Source of the DNA: Tubulanus polymorphus | Lineage: Eukaryota > Animalia > Nemertea | Direction: 5' to 3' | Assembly (NCBI RefSeq): GCF_964204645.1 | Contig: NC_134027.1 | Location: 18,872,560-18,936,559 of the forward strand | Length of the DNA: 64,000 nt | Shown: positions 21,838 to 34,546 of the stretch, piece by piece | Position numbering within the stretch: the first letter of the stretch is position 1 | How the letters are laid out: every line of letters begins with the position of its first letter | The notes under the pieces: model-generated | What the model was told of the DNA's origin: nothing | The model's input: only the letters and a program-made list of their open reading frames with translations | Database searches by the model: none | Program-made: the position numbers and the translations under genes

Positions 21838-24800
21838 ATGATGGATTCAAGTCCATATTTGTAAGTATAAATACCGTCAATACAGTTTCTATACACGTCA
21901 ATAGATACAATGTTAATTGGTTTTGATTTTAGCTATGGAGCTGGTTTTTATATACACCAGTTTTCACTTCTCTCTTTCATTCTGAAATAGGGAGTTGTCC
22001 CTCTTATTTACTTGATTGATTGATTTGATTGGATTTGGGGCCCCTACAAACCCACAACGCCTGCTCGCATGTGGAAACAGTGGGTTTGACTTTAAAATAA
22101 GAAATTGAGGTACTGAATACCGGTATATGCAATTAACATCAAGCTGAATACTGGTTAGCTACCTCATGTACACCTGACTTTGGGCAGGGCAGTTACTTTT
22201 AGAATTTGAGTTTAGGTCATTTTAAGAATGATAGGCCTACTGCAAGTTTACTGTTACAGCTATGTGTGTGTCAGTACTGCTGCTGTGCTGCTGCTGCTGC
22301 TGCTGCTGCAGGCTGAATTATGAATTGATAGGATCAGGTGTATGGTATTCTCTGTGATGTTCTCTAATCATATTCATGAGATTGTAAATTGGGGGGTTGG
22401 TTGTGTGTAGAGTTATTGATACTGCCTTATACTCTGTTCTGTTGATTGCATAAATTACTTTTCAAATCGCTCTCGAAAACATCGCCATGTCTGATATGAA
22501 ATAACCTATAATCATAATTATCCCTGTACACATGCATATATTTCATTTCATGTCTTTGTACGTTCTTCAAATTGGCAATGCTTGGATTTCTGGAAAAGAA
22601 ATTAAATTACTGATTTTGTCTCAGAGGCCCAGTTGCACATGCCAATTTTAGATTCTTAAAACTCATCTCAAGTAGTTAGATTAGCTATACAACTAAAATA
22701 CCGGTAATCTTAATTGCTGGTCTTGCCCCAGAATCTACTGTTATGTGTACTCCGTAATCTGAGTTTTGGTTCCATATAAATGTGAAACAAACCGCCTTCA
22801 TGAAATTAAGGTTTCGGCTACTCCTAATGGTTTTGTGATCAGTAATTGAATCTGATTGAAGGTCATTCGATTGTCTGAGCTTGTGAAGGAGTGCATCCTT
22901 GGGCCCAGTTTTGAAAAAAATCTAAAAGGCTTCATGAAAACTGGTTTAGTTAGGTCTGCTGTTGGATACGTTATGACTCCCTACAGCCCCTACGCTGTTC
23001 CTCCGCAGTTTCTAGATCCTCGATTCTCTCAGTTAATATTATAGCATAGAAATGTAATTAATTATGCGAGGGATTTATTGATTATTCCGTCATTTTTCTT
23101 TTTCTCTCTCAGTCTGTATTGATTAAAAAGTTCAATTTTCATTTTCTCAATGGTTTCAGTACTCCACTGCCGCAGCTTGTTTCATTGTAAGATCGTTCAA
23201 TATGACACACAATACACACATGAAAGACTAAGAGAAATTGAATGATGTTCGAATTTTTTATGACAAGTCTTTAAGTGGTTTTCAGTTCATCATGCGTCGT
23301 CTTTGTTCGTAAGAAATGTTCTTTAAAAGGTTTTTCAGTCAATCGTTCCCTTAACAAAAAATAAAATCAAAATTGATTTAAACTGTCATTTCTAAATACG
23401 AGTTAAACATTTCTCGTGAATGAAATTTGAATTCTGTCCTGCACTAAAGTGACGGTTGTGAATGTCATTGTCATAGTTCTCTGCTATTGAAGATGAAGCT
23501 AAAGACCGGACCTCACATGTTTTTTATAGATTAAAGCTACAGTTATGCTAGCATATTTTCAACCAGAGTTGGAATATCCCAAGCCCTTGATTTTGAGCCA
23601 GGTCAAAACATTGAAGCATCTACACTATTTTCTTAAGCTTCTTGCTTTAGATGTTCGGCCATTTTGTCAGCAACTTGCAAAATACATTTTTGGCATCTTT
23701 TCAAGTATCGTGCCTGGAAATCAACCTGTTCCTGAATGTAGGTATACTCTCATTTTAACCCTGGTTTTGGTTGCAATTTTAAAGAGTTAGAAAATTAATC
23801 GTTTGTATACCCCCATTTAAAATCAAAGTGTGGAAATCTGTTTGTATGCTCATTTAAAATCAATGTGTAGAAACCTATTGTGGAGTTGAAAACTGGCACA
23901 AAAGCTCCATTGAAAAAAGATTGTATTTTCAATCATCTCGATGAGCCAAACCACTCACAGACCTGCTATATATTCTGTTTATCCCGGAATGGCTACGTAA
24001 ATTTAAGTGAAATTACGGTGTTACATTTTTCCAGAAATGTTACGTATTTCATTTAAATTCAAAATTCGGGAAATTTTTGTCCATAACATATAAGTAAAAT
24101 CATTTATTACACAAATAAAAGTCGTCATATTTTTCATCTACTTGCTTTTGCCGTAAATCACGCCAGAATAAGTTTTAACGATCTTTGGCGGAACACTGAC
24201 TGCTTTGTGACCCGCTGTTGTGAAGTTCCGTCAGCTACCGCCATCTATGTAGAATCGAAAATGGCTTCTGGTGTGGATGATTCGCTCATGTCTGATGCCG
24301 AGTTTTCTTCAGATCCATCATCTCAGTCTGAGCCTAGTGACACACACGATTCTGAACATGAGACAGAATGTACAGAAGGTCCCGCCAAAAAAACATTTGA
24401 TTTTGATGAAATTTGATTTTTGTGTATAGTTAAGGAAACTACTTATTTTTCATGAAAATTACCAGTTAAAAGGTTGGTTCCTTAGAAATTTCTGAAAATA
24501 CTTAAAATTTAGATATGTGTTACTTGGAAAAGAAATTCAGGGTTGGCAGGTCTGCACTCAATAGAATTGTAGAGACCCCTGTATAGGAGCATAGGCCCCC
24601 ACTATTTCATCGTTTTGAATTGGGGGTCGCTGTCAGTTTTATCATTTAGGTCATGGTTCTATTCTATTAATATTTTAATGGTCTTAGTTCTACCCGTCAC
24701 ACTTTTTTTATAGTCAAATCGCAGGACACAAAGTGGCACCAACAACTTCACTTGAGGAGGTTGCCATTTTTTGGAACCGCGCATGATTTTGATTTCGGTG

Positions 24801-27800
24801 CTGATTGGCTGTTTGTTCTAGCATTTGAAGAGACTTGTTGCTACCACACACTAGGCAACTGATAGCGATTTGCTGCCAATCTTGTCACTAAATATCTAGC
24901 ATGCTACGTACGAGTGATCTTGTTGTCAGCAAAGATTTTTAAGCTGCCAGTGACCACAAACTGGGCGATGTCGTTGTTTGAATTAGTTGCTTACGACAAA
25001 AAATCGGCGACAAAATGTCAAGTCACCGCCTAGGATGCAGAGGCCTATAGACAAGTGAATGTCTAATTCAATTGAAGAAGTCGACAATAAGAAATAAAAC
25101 TGATGGAGGATTTGACTCTTCAGCTCAAAAGCTATAAGCCGTTTCTCGTGTTTTATTCGTAGTATTCGTGGAGAAACTTCAAAATCCTCAGTTCTACTTC
25201 TTATTGTAGGTTTTTCTTCAGTCTTCAGTTCCTATGTGAATGTGAAGTTTCCTATCTGGTAGGATTGTTCTCGGTGAGAGATGGATATGGACTGATCAGT
25301 TAAAATGTGTCTGGGATATCAATTCACAAGAATATCCTCTGGTATCCTATAATTTCTTATCAACTCAATAGTATTTAAATCTTTGCATGCATTTGGGTTC
25401 AATTATATCATCCTATCCCGTTTTTCTCTCCCTTTTGATATTCCGTTCTCCATCTCCGGCTATCCCATTCTCACCCTCTTTTCAATTATCCACTTCTCTC
25501 CCTTCTGACTATCCAATTCAATTCCTCCATTCTCCATTCAGCTATACCATTCTCTACCTCTCGTCTGCTATCCCGTTATCTCCCTCCATTCTGCTATCCC
25601 ATTCTCTCCCTTCTGTCTATCCAGTTCATTTCCTCCATTCTACTATCCCATTCTCTCCCTCCATTAGGCTATCCCTTTCCCTCTCTTCTGCTATCTCTAC
25701 CTTTCTTCTCCTATCCCATTCTCTCCCTCCATTCTACTATCCACTTCTCTGCCTCCATTCTTTCCTTCCCATCTGCTATCCCTCTGATTAGCCTATTTCC
25801 TCTGTCCTTTGTCTTTCTCACTGGTGCTCACATTATTTCTCTTTCCTCTTCAATTTTATTCTGTAAGTTCACTCTGAAATTATCTCTCTCTTTCTCTCTC
25901 TTTCTCTATTTTTCTATCTATCCCAGTCTCTGACAACTAACTCATCAAAAGGCCATGACATTTCAGTGAACTGTTGCCATGGCAACAAGAAAAAAGCTTT
26001 CAATACAAATATTTGAATTGAAACTGAAAATTATGAGTGATCGGAGTCTGCAATATAGATGTTAGGGGGGTTCAATCACTATTAGCAACCAGCCAGAAGG
26101 GGGAGAAGGGGGTACGAGATCGGGTTTTATAATTAATGCTATATATTTTGAGTGATGTCAATACGATGATGATGCTGATGATTGAATAGATGGCATAAAC
26201 AAACATTCTACATGAGTATCCGGGTGGTATATTTTGTCCGCCTATGGGGTAACAATGAGCGTTGTGGGACTCATATTTTTTCTTCGTTGTAGTATTTCCG
26301 CGAAGGTCACCGTGCCGCTTGCTGCGAGGAATCAAACTTGTTCCCTCTGCATAGCAAATAAACCTAGTGTGTAATTTCATTGGATATTGTACGCAGGTCT
26401 TTTTCCTTCGAATTCATCTGCCTAATTATGCTGACGCGTTTCATTCCGAAAACGTTTTATATGTGCAGAAAAATTAGTTCTTTTTATTTTATTTCCAAAT
26501 GTGGTTAGTATCATTCCTATCTCAGTTTGGTTAGGTAGGGTTTACTGATAACAGATTGAATTGTTGTATTGTTAAGAAATGCCTTTCATTTGAGATGTGT
26601 GTGTATTTCATATGGATATTATGTTGTTTCTGTCAGCATTATTAAAACCCCTGTAGGCTCCAATCCATCCAGGCGTTTATTCATTGCTGTAATTGCCTTT
26701 GATTTCTATTTGTCTGCAGAAAAATCAATAATTCCAGATTTACAAGATAATGGAATAAGAGAATAGCTCTCTCATACAACCATATACAGTAGATACTATA
26801 CAACGCTAGTGCACATTTTAATTAGGAAATTGGTCCCATTTTTTTAGATATTGATGATACGAAATGTAATGAAATAAGGTGTATTTGATATTATGTAGAC
26901 TGACAGAGCAGAGAAGAAGCTTCTATCTTCTCGCTCCCACTAGAAAATATCATTATGATAAAAGCCATAAATATTCGACTGGCAATTTATTATAAAGCTG
27001 ATTATTCTGGAGTGGTTCTCTGCACTGCAAGCGGGTTCTCTCTGCTACAAAGTAACGTACCGGTCCTGCTACAACAACAAACTGTAGACACTTTATAGAC
27101 TGGTGACTGGTGGTTTTGAAACCTAATCAAAGTTGCTAAAATTTTACGAACCTGACTACTTTTAAAGAGTAGTTTCTACTCTTGTTAGAACCTACTACTA
27201 CCAAAAATGTCAAAATACCCTCATAAATCGGGGAGTTTGTTTGAGATTGCTAGATCGCGCGTAAAATCAAACAGTTTCCGTCTATGTCTTAGCCTGCCTA
27301 TTTGACTGTGTTAATTGATTTGATTCTGCGAATAGTCAGGGAAGAAGCTAGTCGAATAAAAGCGGCCACCCTGTACTATTTATTGTTGAAAGCTACTACA
27401 ATTTATGATATCAGGTAGTCTGGTCTGATTTCATGAAGATGGTATCTTGCTTCATTCGATGTCATTGTATTGTTCACTGTTTAGGGTTTATTTCATACTA
27501 CAAATGACCCCGAATCTCCTCTAAAATTGACTCATAAGCTAATTGAAACTACTTATATTTTGGAAAGATCTTTATGAATGTTTCAGTGGTCAATGTATAC
27601 GTTTGCATTCTATGGTTTTGGGCCTGCAAAATACCCATGAATTTTCAGAATGCTTTATATTACCATTGTAAAACAACTTTCGATATTTTCTCCTTTTGAA
27701 TGCTGTCCAGTACTCCTCAAATTCTGGAATGACCAGAGTACATATGAACCTTGTTGCTTATTGGCCGTAAGATGTCAGCTGTGGCTTAGGCTTGCGCTTG

Positions 27801-30800
27801 ATGGCCAATATGACGCGTGTCGATGTCATGTGAAATACTTCTCATGACTCTTGGTTGATGATTTCTGAATTCATATATGAATCATTTCGCTTTATGTCAC
27901 AAAAATACAAGGTGCCGTAGAGAATTCACAGAAATCTGTATCATGATAATGAATTGTAAGAATTGATCTAGATAATTTATAACAGAAAAGGGAGGTCTGG
28001 AAAAAGGAACTGGATAGAGTGATAGTCACTGATGGAAGCAGAGAGGAAGAGAGGTGAACTTGAAAGTGGGGAGGAAAGAGGATTGGAACATGGGAGGGGT
28101 AGGATTGAGGGTGATATGAGCATGAGAATGAGGAGAGAAAATGAATGTATATGAGAGGGGAGGTTCAAAAGCTGAATATGGGTAGGGGAGGTAATAAAGA
28201 TGTGAGAATGGAGGTTGAGAAATTAGATGAGATATTTCTACATACAGAATAGCAACCCCTGTAGTGTATACTTGAGAGTAAAAACTAGATAAATTGAAGC
28301 CATGTATAAATAGAAGGGAGAGAGAGACCAATAAACTATTCAATCAATCAATCACATTCTATTCAGTTTTATTACCAAGCCTTTTATTTGTATTATTACA
28401 TTTCCGTGAATTCACCGCAGAGAGGGAGATAGAGGGAGATACATGTAGTACAACGACTCTCGACACTCAGCTGCATGAGACTGCTGTCTAAAATTCATGT
28501 TTGATTATTTTGCAGTATGCCAACTAACTATATGAAACCGGAACCGCAGGATTTTTACCCGTGTGACACTCAACCATTAGGCACGTGTAATCCGGCAGTG
28601 CCATCTATATTAGCCCCAGATATTGGACAAACAGATAAACCCAACAGAAAAAGAGGCCGCAAAAAACCAACCATGTAAGTCAATGATATTGTAGGCCTTT
28701 AGGTCTTTGAGAATTTATTGATTGAATATTGTCCTTTTCTGCTAGTGCGAGAAATATGTGTAAATTGTAAATTATGCCATCAATTTGAACAGTAAGCGCC
28801 ACCTTTCTAACTGATATTTTGTCAATCACCTTTCGATATTGTTTCGATTGTTTCTTGTCCAAAAATATTTTTGGTATTGGTTGAAATTCCACTCACGAAT
28901 GGAACAATTAGGCCTATGTATGAAAGAGCTCTCTTTGTTTCACAAGATACAGCCGACCATGATGAAGTCGTCACTATTATTGAATAGGCCTATAACTGGT
29001 TCAATTTACTGAATATAAAGCCAAGTTCTCACGACCAAATTTTGGTGAGCGTTCACACAGCGTTTTGACAGGCGTTGATAAAATGGCTTGTCACCGGGCC
29101 CACAAGATGTCGCCATCTGCTAAATAATTCATTGGGCCTGGATGAAGTCTTGCTTCCAGAATCCAAGTATAGCAGGACATTCTTGATTCTTGACCATTCT
29201 TGACCAAGTCGATCCCCTGTCAGGTTTAGACGTTTTTGTGAATTCGATTTTGTTCTATCACGAGGAAAGTCTAGTGTCGTTTAAACACGATTCAAAACAC
29301 GGAAGAAAACATATGATGATCGTGACATACGAATTACACTCCAAACATTTCCATAGTATAGGAAGGATAGGGAGGAAAAACAGTAGTTAAAAATAATTAC
29401 ATAAACGGTAATAAAAGCATTTAAAAGTTGATAAACTGGACTCACACTCTACCGCAGAGGTTTCGACATCTACCATAGGGTAGCGTCCAAAAATTACGTA
29501 CCTCTTATTGGGAGGGGGGGTTACTGAATTTTGGTACAAAGTGGTACATGGGGGGAGGGGTCAGCAAAAAAGGTACGTACTTTGAGGAGGGCGTATTAGT
29601 CAATCTTGGTACGCACTTTATGCACCCAAACCCGAATGAAAATAGCCGATACTGGTGTTTTATCAGCTTTGAGTGACTTGTTCAAGTGACTTGTAGTAGA
29701 CTTCAACTGGGAATTCCCCATACCAGGTACCGGTATCGATCTTTCACACAGTTGGAATCAGGTATTTATGTTTTTTATATTTTGTTTTGATTTGTGTTCT
29801 TTGCATCAATATAATTGGGGGGGGTGGTGGTCATGGGTACCATGGTAAGTTCCTATGAAGGGGGTCAGTGAATTTGGTACAAAGGTGGTACAAGGGGGGA
29901 GGGGGAATCAGAACAACGGGAGATTTTGAGGTACGTAATAACTGGACGCTCCCTAGAGATTCAGAACTACGATTTAGACCGGACCCGGTACCAGTTTCTG
30001 TCCACACACATAGATTTAGACCAGTCCAAAATTTGGACCGGACCTGGTTCGCTCTTTTAGACCGTTAAACAGTATTTTTGTCCGTGTGAACGCTTGGTCC
30101 GGTCTAAATTGGACCGGACCAAATTTAGACCTGTCTTAATTCCGTTGTGTGAACGCGCCTTAAGTCATCGGATGGTCAACATGATCGTCCTAACTATGAT
30201 GACTTAAGCGAGTTTGACTTTCAATTTTTCTGTAGTCAGGGTTTGTATTAATGTATGTATGTATGAAATCTCTATCAAATGTATCCTCTCAAAACCTGTC
30301 GAATTCGAACCGATCAATATTGATGCATTGTTGATCGTTAATTAATTTTCTGTGTTTCATTACACAGAGATAATGGAATTGTCCCGGATACAAAAGTGCC
30401 AAAAATAAAACAGGAAAAAGTTACAAATACTCTACCTGTGCGAAAAAAGCGTGATCGATTCAATGGCATGCCTGAGGATGAGGTTGCGCGAAGAATACTC
30501 CCGGATCATCTTAAACCGGGATTAGATATAGTTATAGTAAGTATTGTTATACCGGGATTCCATGTTCAACTTCCTCACAAAGAACTAATATTGAATGACT
30601 TAAATATCCGACCTCATTATAAAATCGACTCTATTCACGACAATACCATTCATTCCTTGCCATCTCACTTTTCATTGAATTATTCTTACCGGAAGTACTT
30701 TCTCGTCATTTTGCTACCATACAAAAATCTACCCTATGTAAGCAATCGTTAAGTAAATGTCCCTTAGGTTAAACCTTGTAGTAATCATTGAACGATTAGT

Positions 30801-33800
30801 CCAAGATTAAACCTATTAATTCAATATCATCTCCACACATAATCATTCGCCTGAAAACCAAGTGTGAAATTTAAGACCTATTTCAATGAAATAACCCTGA
30901 TTGCTATAATTGTAGAATTTTTCGTTGAGGTTGCCATATCATATTGTAGTGTTGAATTTTTGTTTCTTTTGCTAATGTTGCGCAGCCTTTGGCCCTTGCA
31001 TGGCCTGTATATTGTTATATCATTAATTCTTTGTATGATATATTAATAATGTTCAATGCAAATAAGATTTATTGGATTTTATTGTATTGTTAAGGCAATG
31101 ATCATTATTATAGGCCTATGCCAATAGACCGCTATATTGTGCTGCACTGGACCAGAATTCTTAAATATTAGAATTCATTTATATGATATTTCGGTTAATA
31201 GGTATACAGTTACGTCACATTTACAACTGAAATTTTTGTCTCTTTATTTACTGGTTATCATGATTTACTTTTAGGTTGGTATTAATCCAGGTTTGATGGC
31301 AGCTTACGTCGGACACCATTACGCAGGTCCTGGTAATCATTTCTGTAAGTATCCGCTTTAGAATTATGACTTGACGACATATGGCCCTATTGTGAAGTCA
31401 TAATCATTATCATCCTCAAAAGATGTATTAAAGTGCCTTTTTCATCGGTAGCATCCTCCCTCAGTGGGAATTCAAATCTTGCATTCACAGCTTAGTTGAT
31501 GTCATTATGAGCCAATCAGAAATCACGTTTATCTTGGTCTGGGTTTTTCCAAGCTATAGTAATCCATGAAATTTGCCTCAACAGTTATTCAACAACAGGC
31601 AATCTGATTGGCGCCACATGGTAGTGTACTCGGGCTAGTCAGGCAGGGCTTCGTGCCGTGGCTGAGTCGAGCAATGCCATTGGTTCAAATCACTGCCGAG
31701 GGATGATGTACCGGTATTAATGGTAGGAACTATTTGCGAATAGTTTCTACTCATCTTGAGCAACCCCATGATAAATTTTGAAAATTCAGTGTGAAAAATG
31801 AGTAGTTGGCCATGCCTATGTATTTTGATAATCAACTATCAAATCGTTGTCTGACCTTTTTTCATCATATTTCTCTTGAAGGGAAATGCTTATATTTAAG
31901 TGGATTGATTCTGGAACCAATGACTGCGTATGATGATTATAAACTGTTAGATTATGGAATTGGTTTTACAAATATCGTCGCTCGGACAACCAGGGGTAGT
32001 GCTGATTTGACTCGGTAAGTGTGTGTGGGACAGGGTAAGGGGAGACACAGGGAACTGTATCCTACTGCGGCGAGTGAATGTCCCATCTATAGTTGCATTC
32101 AGTACAGTTTGTGTGATTTTATATTTGTAGAGATCAACATTACCGGCTGACCAGGTACGAAACGTCGCTGATGTTATTTCATTATCATATTGTTCTCTTG
32201 CTATGTTATTTACTCTTATCTCCGACAGCTGCTTTTTGTATTATTATTCACTCTTCGATTAATGAAAAATATATCGTAGTTTTATAACCCCAGTGGACGC
32301 ATGGCTAAGTGTTAAGCTTTAGTCTAGTACTGAATGCATCTGTAGGTGGAATTTGCAACAAAACACCAAAGAAAAATTCCTCCACACTCTATGTTCCTCT
32401 GCATAGACTTTGTCGTAGTATCCTCCCTTAATACTTTAAGAAAGACATATCAATGTTGATGATATACGCTAGTCCTGGATTGAGATTTAAATGGTTGGCT
32501 TAATTGAAAGAATAATCTGAATTTATGTACAAAAACTTAATCATCTTTCGATACATTATGTTTTAGGACCTGTGGTCGGCTTCATACTAATAATTTCAGG
32601 CAATTGCATTGAACAGTAGAAAAGTCTTAGGCCTAATTACCCAATAAACTCTCATTTCGAGCAAAATCGAGGCCATTCTATTTTTTTATCCTAGTCCTAC
32701 GTGGAATATCTTTTACCGGTATTTAGCTGTTTACTCCGGTAGTTGTATCTTTAATGAATGTTGTAAATGTCTGACAAGGCTTTACTCCCTGCTGACCCAA
32801 CTCTCGTGATAGTCTTCTAATTTTCAATGGTGTTCATGTTGTTTGTAGGAAAGAGATTAAAGAAGGTGCCGAAATTTTGCAGGAAAAAATCAAAACATAT
32901 CAACCAAAAATTGCTGTATTCAATGGCAAAGGTACGAATGGTGAACTAATGACTTAGGTTTATGGATAATGATCCGGTCTTGATACTGTAGTTTCTGAAT
33001 TTCTTTTCAGGCATTTATGAAGTATTTTGCGGACACAAGAACTTCTACATCGGAAAACAGCCAGAAAAACTCCCAGGAACTAATACTGTAAGTGTTTCCA
33101 AGATGGCAGCACCTCTTCATGAAAAGTAAACCATGAGTAATATTCCGTTTATTTAATGAAGTTACTTACGATGTAGATGCATCTCTCTGCTTAAAAGCCC
33201 TTACGTCTAATAAAAGCATCAGGATCTCCCACGTGACATCACTGAACAACAACAGATAATACAAGGATTTACAACATTCAATAGTCTGCCTTGTACAGAC
33301 ATAGCACATGGCTGAAAGACCTCTATATAAATCACAGTCATCCTATGTGTTTCCTATTTTTAAAAAGTAACCATTGATGTTGTAGGTTGTATATGTGATG
33401 CCGTCGTCGAGCGCCAGATGTTCACAATTACCGCGAGCCATTGATAAAGTTCCGTTTTATGCTTCTTTAAAAAAATTGCGCGATCATCTCCGTGGTGACT
33501 TGCCCGACCTTGACGACTCGGAGGTGTGCTTCCCTGATCTTGAACTTAAAGTGAAAGTGAAAACGGAGAAGACCGAACCAGCCGACCAGCAGCAACAGGC
33601 AGCTTCTATGAATCCTCAAATTGTTCCTTACATAAAATCTGAACCAAACTTTGATCAATCTCCATACGGTATGATACCACAAAACCAGATGCAACCATTC
33701 CCACCACCAGGTGGCGCTCAATGCTGGAACGGTTCGAGTAGTTCAGCATTTAATATGCCATCGACAACCGGATTATTCAACAATGGATCATCACATGGTT

Positions 33801-34546
33801 ACAATAACAGCGCAACGGGTAGTGCAGTGAGAATCAAACAAGAAATACCAGATCCCGGGTACCCCCAATTTAGTAGCAACCCCGCGTCATTTACGAGCAA
33901 TAATACCGACTCAAATACACCGGCGTCGTCTAACTTCAATAATCAACACTCTCCAACGCTTAACGGTCATTCACCATCCAATAACAGCAATATGACATCA
34001 GCTGCATTCAACGGGCGACAAAAAACTAGTCCGAAAACATCACATAATCCAACTACTTATAACGGTAATAGTAGTAAACATCAATCAACAGCCGTCTCCT
34101 CCTCCGCCGCATCCTCTTCTTCAGTGTCATCGTTGTCTTCATCACCATCTCCTAAATCTCCCAAAACGACAACAACTAACAGTACTGTTGTCCCGAGTAC
34201 GACTACATCACCTGTTATGATCAAAGCGGAACCGGGTACATTCTCGCAAGGCTGTTCCGGTAATTTTAACAAACCTGATTCGTCAATATCCGCCGCTTCG
34301 TTTCCTCCTCATTTCATACCATCCCAGTATCAGTGTGGTATCCCGGGTTACCCGTCCCCGTATGGACAATTTCCCAGCTTCCCTGCGCAGAGTTATATGG
34401 GACAGATGTATCCTCCAGGGGGCCTCGGCGTGCAAGGTCAGCAGTTTGCAACATCGAGTCAATCCTTTTTGAGTAGTAATCCGACACAAGCTGGATTTTC
34501 TCGATTCCCTACATATCCCGGATATCCTCAAGGACCTCCCATGTAA
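21838..34546 (+). CDS. TDG: G/T mismatch-specific thymine DNA glycosylase, about 624 aa; coding exons 21838-21860, 28516-28674, 30368-30536, 31275-31344, 31882-32014, 32849-32931, 33011-33087, 33386-34546
   Basis: All introns are GT-AG and phase-compatible (1875 nt). Motifs DRFNG, LPD..LDIVIVGINPGLMAAY.GHHY.GPGNHFWKCL, GIGFTN, QPKIAVFNGK and YVMPSSSARC.Q.PRA.DKV match the TDG/MUG family. The first two coding exons are less certain. Confidence 0.93.
22277..22310 (+). repeat. Imperfect (CTG)n microsatellite in TDG intron
   Basis: ctgctgctgtgctgctgctgctgctgctgctgca. Confidence 0.85.
23958..24554 (+). mobile_element. hAT-like non-autonomous element with 6-bp direct repeat
   Basis: CACTCA|CAGACCTGC ... 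GCAGGTCTG|CACTCA. Internal acidic ORF remnant MASGVDDS..EGPAKK. Confidence 0.65.
25410..25810 (+). repeat. Pyrimidine-rich degenerate minisatellite
   Basis: Repeated CTATCCCATTCTCTCCCTCCATT-like units. Confidence 0.75.
29478..29953. mobile_element. MITE with GGG..CCC termini and TA duplication, possibly nested in a Harbinger-like MITE (about 29047-30159)
   Basis: TA|GGGTAGCGTCCAAAAATTACGTACCTC ... GAGGTACGTAATAACTGGACGCTCCC|TA. Flanking inverted motifs GCGTTCACAC / GTGTGAACGC. Confidence 0.7.

Noticed and set aside
25387-25791. 134-aa S/P/L-rich ORF
   Set aside because: By-product of the pyrimidine-rich minisatellite.
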